A stretch of DNA of 64,000 bases from an uncultured Sulfolobales archaeon. Lineage in GTDB: Archaea > Thermoproteota > Thermoprotei_A > Sulfolobales > NBVN01. The first letter of the stretch is position 1. The number at the start of each line of letters is the position of its first letter. The stretch covers positions 66,667-130,666 of the forward strand of contig CALJEN010000005.1 in the NCBI GenBank assembly GCA_938073905.1, read 5' to 3'. Of this stretch, positions 1 through 9,087 are shown piece by piece. Under the pieces are notes generated by a model. The model did not search any database. It saw only the letters and a program-made list of their open reading frames with translations, and had not been told where the DNA came from. A program made the translations under genes and the position numbers.

Positions 1-288
1 ACTCTGTCGATAGTCGCGGTAGCTGTCCTCGCCAGAGTCCGGAATGGGACTGTAGAGGACGTGAGGATAGCTCTGAACTCCGTGGCTCCGACCCCGGTGA
101 GGGCCTACGGGGCCGAGGAGATGCTCAGGGGTAGAGAGGTGAGCAGGGGAGCGCTGGAGAGGGCCGCCCGAGAGGTCATGGATGAGGTCTCGCCGATAGA
201 CGACGTGAGGTCGACGGCCTGGTTCAGGAGGGAGATGAGCTATAGGCTCACTCTCGATGCCCTGACCAAGGCTCTGGGTGCTGAGTGA
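1..288 (+). CDS. C-terminal fragment of the FAD-binding (medium, CoxM/XdhB-like) subunit of a molybdopterin hydroxylase; 5' end lies outside the window
   Basis: Frame 1 is open from the window edge to TGA 286-288. The tail SPIDDVRSTAWFRREMSYRL resembles the CO-dehydrogenase flavoprotein C-terminal domain. The stop overlaps the start of the adjacent 2Fe-2S subunit gene. Confidence 0.6.
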   Translation, partial: TLSIVAVAVLARVRNGTVEDVRIALNSVAPTPVRAYGAEEMLRGREVSRGALERAAREVMDEVSPIDDVRSTAWFRREMSYRLTLDALTKALGAE

Positions 289-779
289 TGCGGGTGGCGT
301 TCAACCTGAACGGGCGTAGGGTCGAGGTGGACGTCGAGCCCGGCGAGATCCTCCTGGACACTCTGAGGCTCAGGCTAGACGTGAGGAGCGTGAAGAGGGG
401 CTGCGAGAGGGGGGAGTGCGGCGCCTGCACCGTGTTGCTCGACGGAAGACCCGTGGTCTCCTGCCTGCTCCTGACGGCGCAGGTCGAGGGTCGCGAAGTG
501 ACGACTGTCGAGGGGCTCCGCGAGGACGAGCTCTTCGGCGAGCTCGTCGACGAGTTCAACAAGAGCTTCGCTGTCCAGTGCGGCTACTGCGCTCCGGCCA
601 TGGTCCTCACGTCGTACGCCTTCGTGAAGAGGGTGGTGGAAGGGCGTTCGAGGCCCTCTACGTCCGAGATCCTCAAAGCCGTCGAGGGGAACCTGTGCCG
701 CTGCGGGACGTACCCCAGAGTCCTGAGAGCTATCTCGAGGGTCCTCGAGAGGAGGCTCCCGGGCGAGCCGCGGAGATGA
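285..779 (+). CDS. [2Fe-2S]-binding small subunit (CoxS/XdhC-type) of an aldehyde oxidase/xanthine dehydrogenase-family enzyme
   Basis: Carries both cluster motifs, CERGECGACTV and QCGYCAP...CRCGTY. Size of 164 aa is typical for the family. Confidence 0.9.
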   Translation: MMRVAFNLNGRRVEVDVEPGEILLDTLRLRLDVRSVKRGCERGECGACTVLLDGRPVVSCLLLTAQVEGREVTTVEGLREDELFGELVDEFNKSFAVQCGYCAPAMVLTSYAFVKRVVEGRSRPSTSEILKAVEGNLCRCGTYPRVLRAISRVLERRLPGEPRR

Positions 780-1399
780 GGACCGCGATACTGCTGGCCG
801 CTGGGGAGTCCAAGAGGTTCGGGGAGAACAAGCTGCTCTTCAGGATCCGCGATGCCGAGCTGGGGGAGGACAGCATGGTCAGGATAGTCGCGAGGAAGTT
901 CCTCGAGGCCGGGGTCTTCGACGAGGTGGTCGTTGTCGTGGGGTTCGAGTACGCTAGGGTGGTCGAGGCCCTCGCCGACCTCGACATCAAGTTCGTCTAC
1001 AACCCCGACTACCGCCTCGGGATGTCGGCGTCCGTCATCGCCGGTGCCAGGAGAGTGTCCAGGTACTCCCAGCTCGTAGCCGTACACCCATCGGACGTCC
1101 CCTTTGTGAGGACGTCCACTCTGAGGCACCTGGTGAGCGCGGCACTGGAAACGCTCGGGAGAGACCGCTTGCTGATCCCCAGGTACCGCGGCAGGGGTGG
1201 GCACCCGATCCTGCTGACCGGGAGCCCGATCAGGGAGATCGCAGGGATCAGGGAGGAGGAGAGGGGTCTCAAGGGGCTGATAGCTAGGCGCGGCGAGAGC
1301 GTGTCCTACCTCGACGTAGACGACCCGGGTGTGGTGTTGGACATAGACAGTCCCGAAGATCTTCGGAGAGCGGAGGTCGCGGGAGTCGGCCGGTCGTAG
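776..1399 (+). CDS. MobA/MocA-like molybdenum cofactor nucleotidyltransferase
   Basis: N-terminus MRTAILLAAGESKRFGENKLL is the MobA-like NTP-transferase signature. ATG 776 overlaps the upstream TGA as ATGA. The longer ORF-track start at 416 lies inside the preceding gene. Confidence 0.8.
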   Translation: MRTAILLAAGESKRFGENKLLFRIRDAELGEDSMVRIVARKFLEAGVFDEVVVVVGFEYARVVEALADLDIKFVYNPDYRLGMSASVIAGARRVSRYSQLVAVHPSDVPFVRTSTLRHLVSAALETLGRDRLLIPRYRGRGGHPILLTGSPIREIAGIREEERGLKGLIARRGESVSYLDVDDPGVVLDIDSPEDLRRAEVAGVGRS

Positions 1400-1516
1400 C
1401 GAATGGCCCGGGCGCGCATCCGGCAGACCGCGAGCCTCAGCGCTTAGGCCGGTTCCTCCTTATCTGCCCGCAGAACTCGAGAGTAGGGAACTCCCGGTAG
1501 GCTCGGGGTACGGAGA

Positions 1517-2227
1517 GTGTCCTACAAAGTCCCCAGACACAAGGTAGTGAGAGTCCCGGAGTTCAGAGACGTGGCGTATGACGACGAGAGGTGGGAGCTC
1601 CTGGGAAGGCTCAGGGCGGTGGCTGCCGAGCTCATGAGGGTGCTGGTGGAGTGCGGCTACGGTCCGGTAGCGCACGGCTCGGTAGCTAGGGGCGACGTGG
1701 TCCGGGAGAGCGACGTCGACGTTCTGATACCCTACGTCGTGGCTCCCGCGGTGGTCGAGGCGTGTCTCGAGAGGGGAGGGCTGAAGATCCTCGGGAAGCT
1801 CGTCGTGAGGGCCACCCCGAAGTCCGCGCTCAAGGCTCTCTACGAGCTAGACCCCGAGGGGAGGGTCACGGTGTCGTTCCCCCTGGAGGACTTCAGCCCC
1901 AGCGAGCTCGAGTTCTACAGGTTCGGGGGCCAGGTGTCATACGAGGAGCTGCTCGGGGGCGTTAGGGTACCGGGAGTCAGCAAGTCCCTGGTGCTCATAG
2001 TCCCCACGGAGCTGGGTCACAGAGAGGCCCCGGTCGTGGGGTACGAGCACTACGTGGCGAGGATCCTGGGCATCAGCGTGGACACCGTGAGGGAGCGGGT
2101 GAAGGTTTTGTCCAGGAGGGACGAGGTGGGCCGAACAGGTCTCTTCCTCAGGATAGTGCTAGACCCCTCGGTCCCTCTCGAGGAGGCCGTCAAGGAGGTA
2201 TCCAGGAGGACCAGGAGGGGGGCATAG
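1517..2227 (+). CDS. Polymerase-beta-type nucleotidyltransferase domain protein
   Basis: GSVARGDVVRESDVDVLI matches the GS-x(n)-DxD minimal nucleotidyltransferase motif. Arginine codon usage (AGG/AGA) is typical for this genome. Confidence 0.6.
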   Translation: MSYKVPRHKVVRVPEFRDVAYDDERWELLGRLRAVAAELMRVLVECGYGPVAHGSVARGDVVRESDVDVLIPYVVAPAVVEACLERGGLKILGKLVVRATPKSALKALYELDPEGRVTVSFPLEDFSPSELEFYRFGGQVSYEELLGGVRVPGVSKSLVLIVPTELGHREAPVVGYEHYVARILGISVDTVRERVKVLSRRDEVGRTGLFLRIVLDPSVPLEEAVKEVSRRTRRGA

Positions 2228-2253
2228 GTCCGAAACGGTCCCGGGATCGGATC

Positions 2254-3402
2254 TCAGTAGTAGTCTCCCAGCAACCACACGTTGCCTATGTAGACCTCCT
2301 CGAGGCCAGCTCTCAGAGCTTCCTTCTTGGCTGCCTCCGCGTGCCTCCTGCTCGTCGGGGGCAGGTCTCTCAACACGTTGTCCGGGTGGAACGCTAGGAG
2401 TACGTACGGTATCCTAGTGTTGAGAGAGGCAAGGAACTCCGCTATCCCCCCAACCTCCTCCTCGTCAACGTACCCGGGCACGAGGAGGGTGCTCACCACC
2501 AGCAGCGGGGGCTCATCGCGCTTCCCGGCTAGCTCCGAGACCAGCCTTGCGTTGATCTTGAGCCTCTCCACTGCCCTCGCTCCGTCGACCCCGGTTAGGG
2601 CCTCGTAGACCTCCGGAGTCCACGCCTTCCAGTCTATCTTCACTATCCCCCCGGAGGCGAGGCTCAGCTCGGCCATCTGCTTCATTATCGCAGGGTTCAC
2701 CAGTCCGTTGGTCTCCCAGCATATCCTCTTGATGCCGCCGCCCACGCTCTCGAGGATCTTCCTGGAGGCCGCTATTGCGTGGGGGACTTGGGGACCCGGG
2801 TCGCCCCCGAAGTAGCAGACGCAGGTGACCCTCTCGTTCAGAGCCTCGCTAGCGAGCTCTCCGACCGTCCTCAGGTACCTGGTCCTGAGCCTGTCGTCGG
2901 CGAGGATGGTCTTGTGCTCCCAGTTCTGGCAGAAGAGGCAGTCGAGGTTGCACGCGATGTAGAAGACGGCTAGGTTGTAGTAGCCAACCTCGACCCCCCT
3001 GAACCTCGTGTACCTCGGGTACCCCCTCGAGGTGTTCGCTGGGCAGACGGGTCCGGCGACGCAGTTGGTTGGGTGAGGGTCGTAGTACCACAGGGCTACT
3101 CCCACGCTAGGGTCGCGCGTGATGGGGCTCAGCACCCCGCCATCGTTCTTCCAGAAGCCGCAGAACCCCCGGGAGCCCTCGGGTATGGAGCACTCGTTCG
3201 CGCAGATGCCGCACCTGAGCCCACCGCTCCTGGGCACGCCCGGAGGCAGACCGAGACCCGTCCTGTAGTCCCGGTGAGCCCTGCGAGCCACCTCCAGGGC
3301 CTTCTCACCGTGCCTCCTCAGACAGCTAGCGCATACCCCTACGGTACCGCTCACGGTCTTGGAGCGAGTGCCGCACAGCTCGCAAAAGCCCAGGGGGAGC
3401 AC
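2254..3402 (-). CDS. Radical SAM enzyme, pyruvate formate-lyase-activase-like (COG1180 / AmmeMemoRadiSam-type)
   Basis: CNLDCLFCQNW is a CxxxCxxC motif. There is an N-terminal Cys-rich region (CELCG...CASC, CGICANEC). The ORF is open to 3720, but that part overlaps the opposite-strand kinase gene. I placed the start at the in-frame GTG at 3402; this start is uncertain. Confidence 0.75.
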   Translation of the reverse strand: MLPLGFCELCGTRSKTVSGTVGVCASCLRRHGEKALEVARRAHRDYRTGLGLPPGVPRSGGLRCGICANECSIPEGSRGFCGFWKNDGGVLSPITRDPSVGVALWYYDPHPTNCVAGPVCPANTSRGYPRYTRFRGVEVGYYNLAVFYIACNLDCLFCQNWEHKTILADDRLRTRYLRTVGELASEALNERVTCVCYFGGDPGPQVPHAIAASRKILESVGGGIKRICWETNGLVNPAIMKQMAELSLASGGIVKIDWKAWTPEVYEALTGVDGARAVERLKINARLVSELAGKRDEPPLLVVSTLLVPGYVDEEEVGGIAEFLASLNTRIPYVLLAFHPDNVLRDLPPTSRRHAEAAKKEALRAGLEEVYIGNVWLLGDYY

Positions 3403-3465
3403 CTCCGCAGAGAGAGCCCTTCTACCGCTAATAAGGTGGACGCAGCGTAGGTCTCGGTAGCTCGA

Positions 3466-4095
3466 GTGGTCGGGAGCCGCGAAGCCGGGAAGGTCGTGGC
3501 GCTCAGCGGGACGCCCGGGACCGGCAAGTCCCTCGTCGGGAGGAGGGTGTCCGAGGCGCTCGGCATGGAACTGGTGGAGCTGAGCGACCTCGTGATCGGG
3601 AACAGGCTCTACGCGGGCTACGACGAAGTGAGGAGGACGTTCGTAGTCGACGAGGACAGGCTGAGGGACTACCTCCGGAGGCTCGTAGCCGAGAGGGGCA
3701 GGGTCCTGGTGGTGGGGCACTACAGCGAGATCGTCGACGACTCCATGCTCGATAAGATCGTGGTGCTGAGGCTGAACCCGGCGGAGCTCTACGAGAGGCT
3801 GACCGAGAGGGGCTGGCCTCCGGACAAGGTCGTCGAGAACGTCGAGGCGGAGCTCCTGGGGGTCTGCACAGGCAACGCCCTATCCGAGCACCCGCCCGAG
3901 AAGGTGTGCGAGGTGGACGTCAGCGGTAAGAGCGTCGAGGAGGCGTCCCGGGAGGTTGTCGACGTGATAGTCGGCTCTAGGCCATGCAAGACCTACGTCG
4001 ACTGGCTAAGCGACGAGTCCCTGGTTAGCTTCGTTCTCGGCCTCGGCGGGGCACCGGGATATCCCATGCGGAGCGACGGGGAGGCACTCTCTTAG
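3466..4095 (+). CDS. Archaeal adenylate kinase-like NTPase (AK6/Fap7 family)
   Basis: P-loop VALSGTPGTGKS lies near the N-terminus. Size and layout fit the AK6/Fap7 family. GTG start. Confidence 0.7.
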   Translation: MVGSREAGKVVALSGTPGTGKSLVGRRVSEALGMELVELSDLVIGNRLYAGYDEVRRTFVVDEDRLRDYLRRLVAERGRVLVVGHYSEIVDDSMLDKIVVLRLNPAELYERLTERGWPPDKVVENVEAELLGVCTGNALSEHPPEKVCEVDVSGKSVEEASREVVDVIVGSRPCKTYVDWLSDESLVSFVLGLGGAPGYPMRSDGEALS

Positions 4096-4138
4096 CGCTC
4101 AGGCCTCTGCGGATACTTATTAGGCCGTTGGAAACTAC

Positions 4139-4357
4139 TTGGAGAGCGCGACCGTGCTGAAGAGAGAGACCGAGGTTCGGAGAGCGCTAGAAGAGGTCAG
4201 GAGGAGCCTCAAAAGGAACGATGTCGCCACTATAGAGGTCTCCGAGGACGTTCTCGAGTTCGCGGTAAGCGAGGCCATCAGGCAGAAGCTGTCGATAATA
4301 GACGCGTACGAGAGAGGAGAATCCATAGCCATAGTCTTGGAGAGGAGGCACGAATAA
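4139..4357 (+). CDS. Small hypothetical helical protein
   Basis: 72-codon ORF with AGG/AGA arginine codons. TATA-like ACTTATTAGG lies at 4115-4124. The start may instead be the in-frame GTG at 4154. Confidence 0.4.
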   Translation: MESATVLKRETEVRRALEEVRRSLKRNDVATIEVSEDVLEFAVSEAIRQKLSIIDAYERGESIAIVLERRHE

Positions 4358-4395
4358 GGCCGAGGCCTGTCCGGTATATATAGGGTTGCGGATAG

Positions 4396-4920
4396 ATGAA
4401 TCGAGCGGGCTACTTGAGGGAGGCGCTCAAAGGGCAACACCCAGGCTTGGAGAGGATCGAGAGCGTCTTTAGGTCCATCTCTAGCGGGGTTCCCGGCTCA
4501 GCACTCATCTCCTCTTCCTCCGAGGCGACAATGTACTTGGGAATTCAGCTGGAGAGCGAGGTGCTCCTCGACCTGAGGATCAGCCCGGCCGTCGTCGAGG
4601 TGTACGTCTCCGGTAGGCACCTGGACTCTCTGAGAGACCTGGGACTACCCGAGCTTCTCGAGGCCCTCGAGAGGTACTCTCCCCACATAAGGTCCGTCGC
4701 GGTCAGCAAGGCCATCCCCTCGGGGTCTCTGTACCTGGTGGTGCAGGGCGACGGCGTGAACGCTCCCAACATCAGGCTGGTGGTGACCAGGGACTTCTAC
4801 GACCTCTCGTCGAGCTTCTGCAGGATATCCCCGTCCGAGAACACGTGCGCTCTACTATCGAAGCTCCTCGAGCTCGGTACGAGCTACTTCAGGGAGTTTG
4901 TTGGAGGGACGCTAGGATAG
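4396..4920 (+). CDS. Hypothetical protein
   Basis: 174-codon ORF with genome-typical codon usage. TATA-like GGTATATATAGG lies just upstream. I recognise no family. Confidence 0.5.
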   Translation: MNRAGYLREALKGQHPGLERIESVFRSISSGVPGSALISSSSEATMYLGIQLESEVLLDLRISPAVVEVYVSGRHLDSLRDLGLPELLEALERYSPHIRSVAVSKAIPSGSLYLVVQGDGVNAPNIRLVVTRDFYDLSSSFCRISPSENTCALLSKLLELGTSYFREFVGGTLG

Positions 4921-4935
4921 CCTCGCTGTCGCTGG

Positions 4936-5118
4936 CTGTCACCACGCGTTCCACCCCGGCCCCGGGAGCCACCGAGGTTCCCGGGGGACAAAGGTAGATA
5001 GAGCACCCCACGTCCCGGGCCCCCTCCGGCGCCCCTCGGTGCCGATCTTCCACCGCATACCGGACACGCCGGCGGCCCCTTCCGGCCCCTCCGCGGTCGC
5101 TCTACGCACTACGCGCAG
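4936..5118 (-). ncRNA. Copy A (degenerate) of a three-copy structured RNA-like element
   Basis: 4944-5022 is near-identical, with one 1-nt indel, to the reverse complement of 12258-12337. It lacks the A/T box and the terminal hairpin seen in copies B and C. It abuts the stop codon of the membrane-protein gene at 5129. Confidence 0.4.
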
Positions 5119-5128
5119 AGAGGTTGGT

Positions 5129-6661
5129 TTAGGAGCTGCTGCTAAACCCGGGGACGCGCCCTGTGGTAGGACCGTGGGTCGCGCTAGGGGCGGGTGGGTA
5201 TGGAGGCCGCAGAGGGTTCAGCATTGCAGGCTCAGTGCCTTCCCGAGACGGTTGGGCGCCCGCGCAGGCATCGGCGCGCGTTCTCAGCAGGGATGTCACC
5301 AAGTAGAGCATGACTAGAGCGTAGACGAGTATCAGAGAGGCTCCCAGGACGTTCGTGTAAGACTCTACGAGCTTCGCGTAGCTGTAGTACTTCTCACCCA
5401 GGCTGATCAGTCCCTGCAGCGTCTCGTTCAGGGGGGTGTCCAGAGACTTGTAGAGGAGGTCTCTAGCCGGGAGGATCTCGCCCGTCTCCTCGATTACGAC
5501 CACGTCGTTCACCAGAGCCGGGATCAGCATGTACAGCCCGCTCCAGAGAGCGGCCAGCGCGGCCGCCGCGTTGTAGACCACCACGGTCTTCCTGCGCTTG
5601 AGCCCGTGGGTGAAGGCTAGGTGGATTATGAGGGGGTACGCCCAGAGGAGGTAGTTCGGGTTCACCACCTTGTTCAAGACCAGCAGCAGGGACACGAGGA
5701 CTAGGCTCGCGAGGACGACGTCGTCCTCGCTGCGGACCCCGAGCTTCCTCACGAACAGCAGGAACGCCCCCACCACGGCTGCCAGCATCACGGGGAGCCA
5801 GACGGCGTTCACCACCCTCACGACCTCGGGGTTCCTCCCCGAGAGCAGGACCGGTATGTTCCACACGGAGACGTACTGGGGAGGCCTCTCGCTGTGGAAG
5901 AGGAGCACGTTGTGGATGAACGCGTGGGGGTTGGCTAGGAAGAACGGGAGGACCACGGCGAGTACGGCGACCGAGGTGAGAACGATGTACTGGGCGATAC
6001 CCCTCGCTCCCTCCTTTCTATAGACGTAGTAGAGGAGGGGTATCAGCGGGATGGCTGCCAGGGGCTTGGTTAGGACTACGAGCGCGGCGGATAGGCAGCT
6101 CAGGAACGTGCCGAAGCGTGGCAGGCGCAGTCCTACTATCGCTAGGTAGAGGAAGAAGGCTACCAGGGGGTCGAACTGGTAGTTGGCGAGAGTCACGATG
6201 GTCGGAACACCTATCACCGCCCAGTAGGAGGCCTCGGAGCCGAACCTCCTCCACAAAAGGATCGCTAGGGCTACCGTGAACAGCAGCATGGGCAGCTTGA
6301 CTATTCCCCTAACGACGTGGTCCAACGCCGCCAGCAACGTCCGCCCTACGCCGGGCACAGTCCTGCTGACCGATGTCACGGCCTTGACCACAGCCTCCAC
6401 CAGCCAGTGAGTCCCTATGTATATGAGCGGCGGGATGGGCGGATACACCACCCTGTAGCTCATGTTGTTCAGGAGCAACGGGACCTCGTAGATCCTGTAG
6501 AGGCCCGTGTACTTGGCGGCTCTGACCCAGTTCTCGAAGATGCTGATGTCGTACCAGTTCCACATGCTAAGGCTAAAGAGGGCAAGAACTAGGGTCAGGA
6601 GCACGACCCTCAGCCTGGGGTCGGCCAAAGACTTGGTCACGTCGCTCCTCACCGCACCCAC
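5129..6661 (-). CDS. Polytopic membrane protein, possibly a GT-C-type (DUF2029-like) glycosyltransferase
   Basis: Contains many hydrophobic segments. The first loop, YRVVYPPIPPLIY, resembles the Y-x-YPP loop of DUF2029/GT-C mannosyltransferase-like proteins. The family call is weak. Confidence 0.5.
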   Translation of the reverse strand: MGAVRSDVTKSLADPRLRVVLLTLVLALFSLSMWNWYDISIFENWVRAAKYTGLYRIYEVPLLLNNMSYRVVYPPIPPLIYIGTHWLVEAVVKAVTSVSRTVPGVGRTLLAALDHVVRGIVKLPMLLFTVALAILLWRRFGSEASYWAVIGVPTIVTLANYQFDPLVAFFLYLAIVGLRLPRFGTFLSCLSAALVVLTKPLAAIPLIPLLYYVYRKEGARGIAQYIVLTSVAVLAVVLPFFLANPHAFIHNVLLFHSERPPQYVSVWNIPVLLSGRNPEVVRVVNAVWLPVMLAAVVGAFLLFVRKLGVRSEDDVVLASLVLVSLLLVLNKVVNPNYLLWAYPLIIHLAFTHGLKRRKTVVVYNAAAALAALWSGLYMLIPALVNDVVVIEETGEILPARDLLYKSLDTPLNETLQGLISLGEKYYSYAKLVESYTNVLGASLILVYALVMLYLVTSLLRTRADACAGAQPSREGTEPAMLNPLRPPYPPAPSATHGPTTGRVPGFSSSS

Positions 6662-6936
6662 CGAGCGCTGACGCTGGCCCAGGTGCCTGTACGCAGAGGG
6701 GCTATTTATCTACATCGCAACCGGAGTGACCGCGGCGGTCGCCGGAGCTCGTGAACGCGCACACGTAGGTCTCGAAGCACCGGGGAGACGTCCTGCTCGC
6801 GGAGTCTGTGTGGAGTCCGACCGCGCGAGTTCCGCAAGGGTCTGGTGGTGAAAACTCTCCAGAGAGCGTCGTTTCCGCACAGTCAGAGGTCGCCGCGGAG
6901 ACCGACTCGGTGTACGGGATCGGAGCAGGCTAGGGC

Positions 6937-7593
6937 TTGCGAGCTCTTCCTATAAATGCCGGTCTAGCGAGGAAGCAGCTTAGGGACACCGGGCTGAGCG
7001 AGCGGCTGCTGGAAATCAGCGGAGGCAGGGTCACGCTCGTATACGGGAACGCGGGGAGTGGTAAGACCAACCTGTGCCTCTGGGTCCTCTCCAAGACCCC
7101 CGGGCCCGCACTCTACCTGAGCACGGAGGGCACCATACCGGCACCGCTCTTAGACAGGTACTCCCTGGTGGACAGGGAGTTCTACTTCAGGGAGGCCTTC
7201 AGCCTCGAAGACCTCTCGGTCCAGCTGGTCGGCATGCTCGCCGAGGGGTCGCTGGGGGACTTCAAGTCCATATGCGTGGACTCGGTCAACGCCCACTACA
7301 GGTACGAGGTCGCCGGAAGACAGGACGCCAACAAGCTACTCAACGCCCTGCTAGCCGCCCTCTCCTACGCCGCGAGCAGGTTCGGGTCTAGGGTCGTGCT
7401 CACGGCGCAGGTGAGGGAGGAGGAGGGCGAGCACGTTCCCAGCGGGTACGACGTCCTCAGCTTCTGGTCAGACGTAATCCTCAGGGCTAGGAGGAGTGGA
7501 GACCTGAGGGAGCTCGAGGCGGTCAAGCCGGAGGAGCTCAGGGGACTCAGGTTCGCGTTCAGGATCAGCGAGCGGGGTGTGGAGTTTGGATAA
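6937..7593 (+). CDS. RecA-superfamily ATPase, RadB/RadA-paralog (KaiC-like)
   Basis: Walker A is LVYGNAGSGKTNL and the Walker B-like stretch is SICVDSV. The roughly 220 aa size is typical of archaeal RadA paralogs. TTG start is uncertain. Confidence 0.65.
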   Translation: MRALPINAGLARKQLRDTGLSERLLEISGGRVTLVYGNAGSGKTNLCLWVLSKTPGPALYLSTEGTIPAPLLDRYSLVDREFYFREAFSLEDLSVQLVGMLAEGSLGDFKSICVDSVNAHYRYEVAGRQDANKLLNALLAALSYAASRFGSRVVLTAQVREEEGEHVPSGYDVLSFWSDVILRARRSGDLRELEAVKPEELRGLRFAFRISERGVEFG

Positions 7594-8125
7594 CCACGTC
7601 GAGTTCGCCCTCAGGCTGCTCTTCCTGGCACCGGCGTTCGTCGCCAACGCTCTGCCGCTGGTGGTGAAGGGCTTTGTGAAAAAGAGGCATCCGGTGGACT
7701 TCGGCAGGGTGTTCGTGGACGGCAGGAGGGTGTTCGGGGACAGCAAGAGCTGGGAGGGCTTCGCGGCCGGAGTCCTGGCCGGCATCGCTGTCGGGGCAGC
7801 TCTATCTCCCCTCTACGGATGCGCGCTCGCGGAGCTCGCCATAGCCGGGTTCGTGCAGGGCCTCGGTGCGATGCTGGGGGATCTGGCCAACTCCTTCGTG
7901 AAGAGGAGGCTAGGCATGAAGCCGGGTTCGCCGCTGCCGGTCTCCGACCAGGCGTCCTTCGTGGTCGCATCGCTGGCGCTCGTGAAGCTGCTGGGGGTGG
8001 ATGGGCTCGCGGGCGTAGAACTGGGGACTACGGAGGTCCTGGCATTGATAGGCATAGCCCTGGTGCTACATCCCCTGACGAACTACATAGCGTACCTGCT
8101 AGGGATAAAGGAAGTCCCGTACTGA
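7577..8125 (+). CDS. carS: CDP-archaeol synthase (DUF46/CarS family)
   Basis: Shows the conserved CarS stretches GDSKSWEG, GDLANSFVKRRLG and PVSDQ, plus about 5 TM segments. Confidence 0.8.
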   Translation: MWSLDNHVEFALRLLFLAPAFVANALPLVVKGFVKKRHPVDFGRVFVDGRRVFGDSKSWEGFAAGVLAGIAVGAALSPLYGCALAELAIAGFVQGLGAMLGDLANSFVKRRLGMKPGSPLPVSDQASFVVASLALVKLLGVDGLAGVELGTTEVLALIGIALVLHPLTNYIAYLLGIKEVPY

Positions 8126-8180
8126 AGGGCCTCCAGGTCCGGCCGGACTCCCGGCTCGCCCGTTCTCAGCCTGCTCCCCC

Positions 8181-9080
8181 TTAGCTGGTGACCCTCGTGA
8201 GGAGGTAGCTCGAGAGCAGCGAGAGCGCGAATGACCCCGCGTAAGACGTCGCCAGGTACGCGAAGACCCTCCTCCTGTGGAGCACCGCGAGCTCGGAGGC
8301 CATGCCTACGCCCAGGGTGGAGGAGAACATGACGAGAGAGGTCACTATCGGCAGACCCGCGCGGTTGGCGACCTGGGTTAAGAGTATGGAGACCGAGTAG
8401 GGGATGATCGACGAGAGGTACTTCATCGGGAAGAGAATCCTCACCAGCCCAAGGGGTGCTCCAGACTTGAAGGACACGTACGCGGACGCGGTGACGGCCG
8501 TGAAGAGGACGAGCCCGCTCCTCGGGTCGCTGCCCGCCCCCAGGAGAGACGCCACAGTGCCGAGGACGTTCCCCCCGAGCACGTACGAAAGCAGGAAGAC
8601 GTATACAAGGGAGCAGACCCTGATGGCTAGGAGGGACTTTCCCACGCTCGTGAGCCCGACTACTCTCACCAAGGCCTCCCGGAGAACCGCTGAAAGGAGG
8701 AAGCCCGCCGCGAAGGATAGCGCCCACGAGAAGACCGCCCAGGCCACGGCGGACAGTCCCTGGCCATAGCCTTCGGCTAGGGAGTAGCCTAGGAGCGCCG
8801 CCACGTAGAGCTGGGTGACGGAGGTCGGGTAGCCCAGGAGGGTCAGGGCGAAGACCAGCAGCAGGGGGACCGCGTAGACCCACACGAAGGGGACATGCGG
8901 CAGTCTGAAGTTGGGGCCCTCGACCACGTAGCCGAGTAGCCACCCGCTGGTGCTCAGCGCGAAGACTAGGACCCTGCTGCCGTACCCGACACAGCGGGAG
9001 GGACCGAGCACCAAGCCCATGCTGTTCAGTACCGCGAGGAACGCGCTGGCGAACACCAGAAGCCAGTAGAGCAAGGTCAT
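8181..9080 (-). CDS. Polytopic membrane protein, probable divergent PiT-type phosphate/sulfate permease
   Basis: About 9-10 TM segments. It lies immediately downstream of a DUF47 (PhoU-like) gene, the classical partner of PiT. The canonical GANDVAN signature is replaced by AVLNSMG. Confidence 0.45.
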   Translation of the reverse strand: MTLLYWLLVFASAFLAVLNSMGLVLGPSRCVGYGSRVLVFALSTSGWLLGYVVEGPNFRLPHVPFVWVYAVPLLLVFALTLLGYPTSVTQLYVAALLGYSLAEGYGQGLSAVAWAVFSWALSFAAGFLLSAVLREALVRVVGLTSVGKSLLAIRVCSLVYVFLLSYVLGGNVLGTVASLLGAGSDPRSGLVLFTAVTASAYVSFKSGAPLGLVRILFPMKYLSSIIPYSVSILLTQVANRAGLPIVTSLVMFSSTLGVGMASELAVLHRRRVFAYLATSYAGSFALSLLSSYLLTRVTS

Positions 9081-9087
9081 GCGACAC

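Noticed and set aside
416-775. 5' extensions of ORF-track entries (416-1399, 9801-10691, 11342-12103, 24118-25539, 31816-33219, 42638-43333, 56080-57210, 2254-3720)
   Set aside because: The extensions overlap neighbouring genes or TATA boxes and lack family homology. The starts were moved to the first start codon downstream of the promoter element or to the position matching the family N-terminus.
8083-9087. A 334-aa ORF on the - strand overlapping the PiT-like gene in another frame
   Set aside because: The composition is Arg/Gly/Pro-rich and low-complexity, and it uses CGN arginine codons. It fully overlaps a hydrophobic ORF with good codon usage. This is a typical GC-driven shadow ORF.
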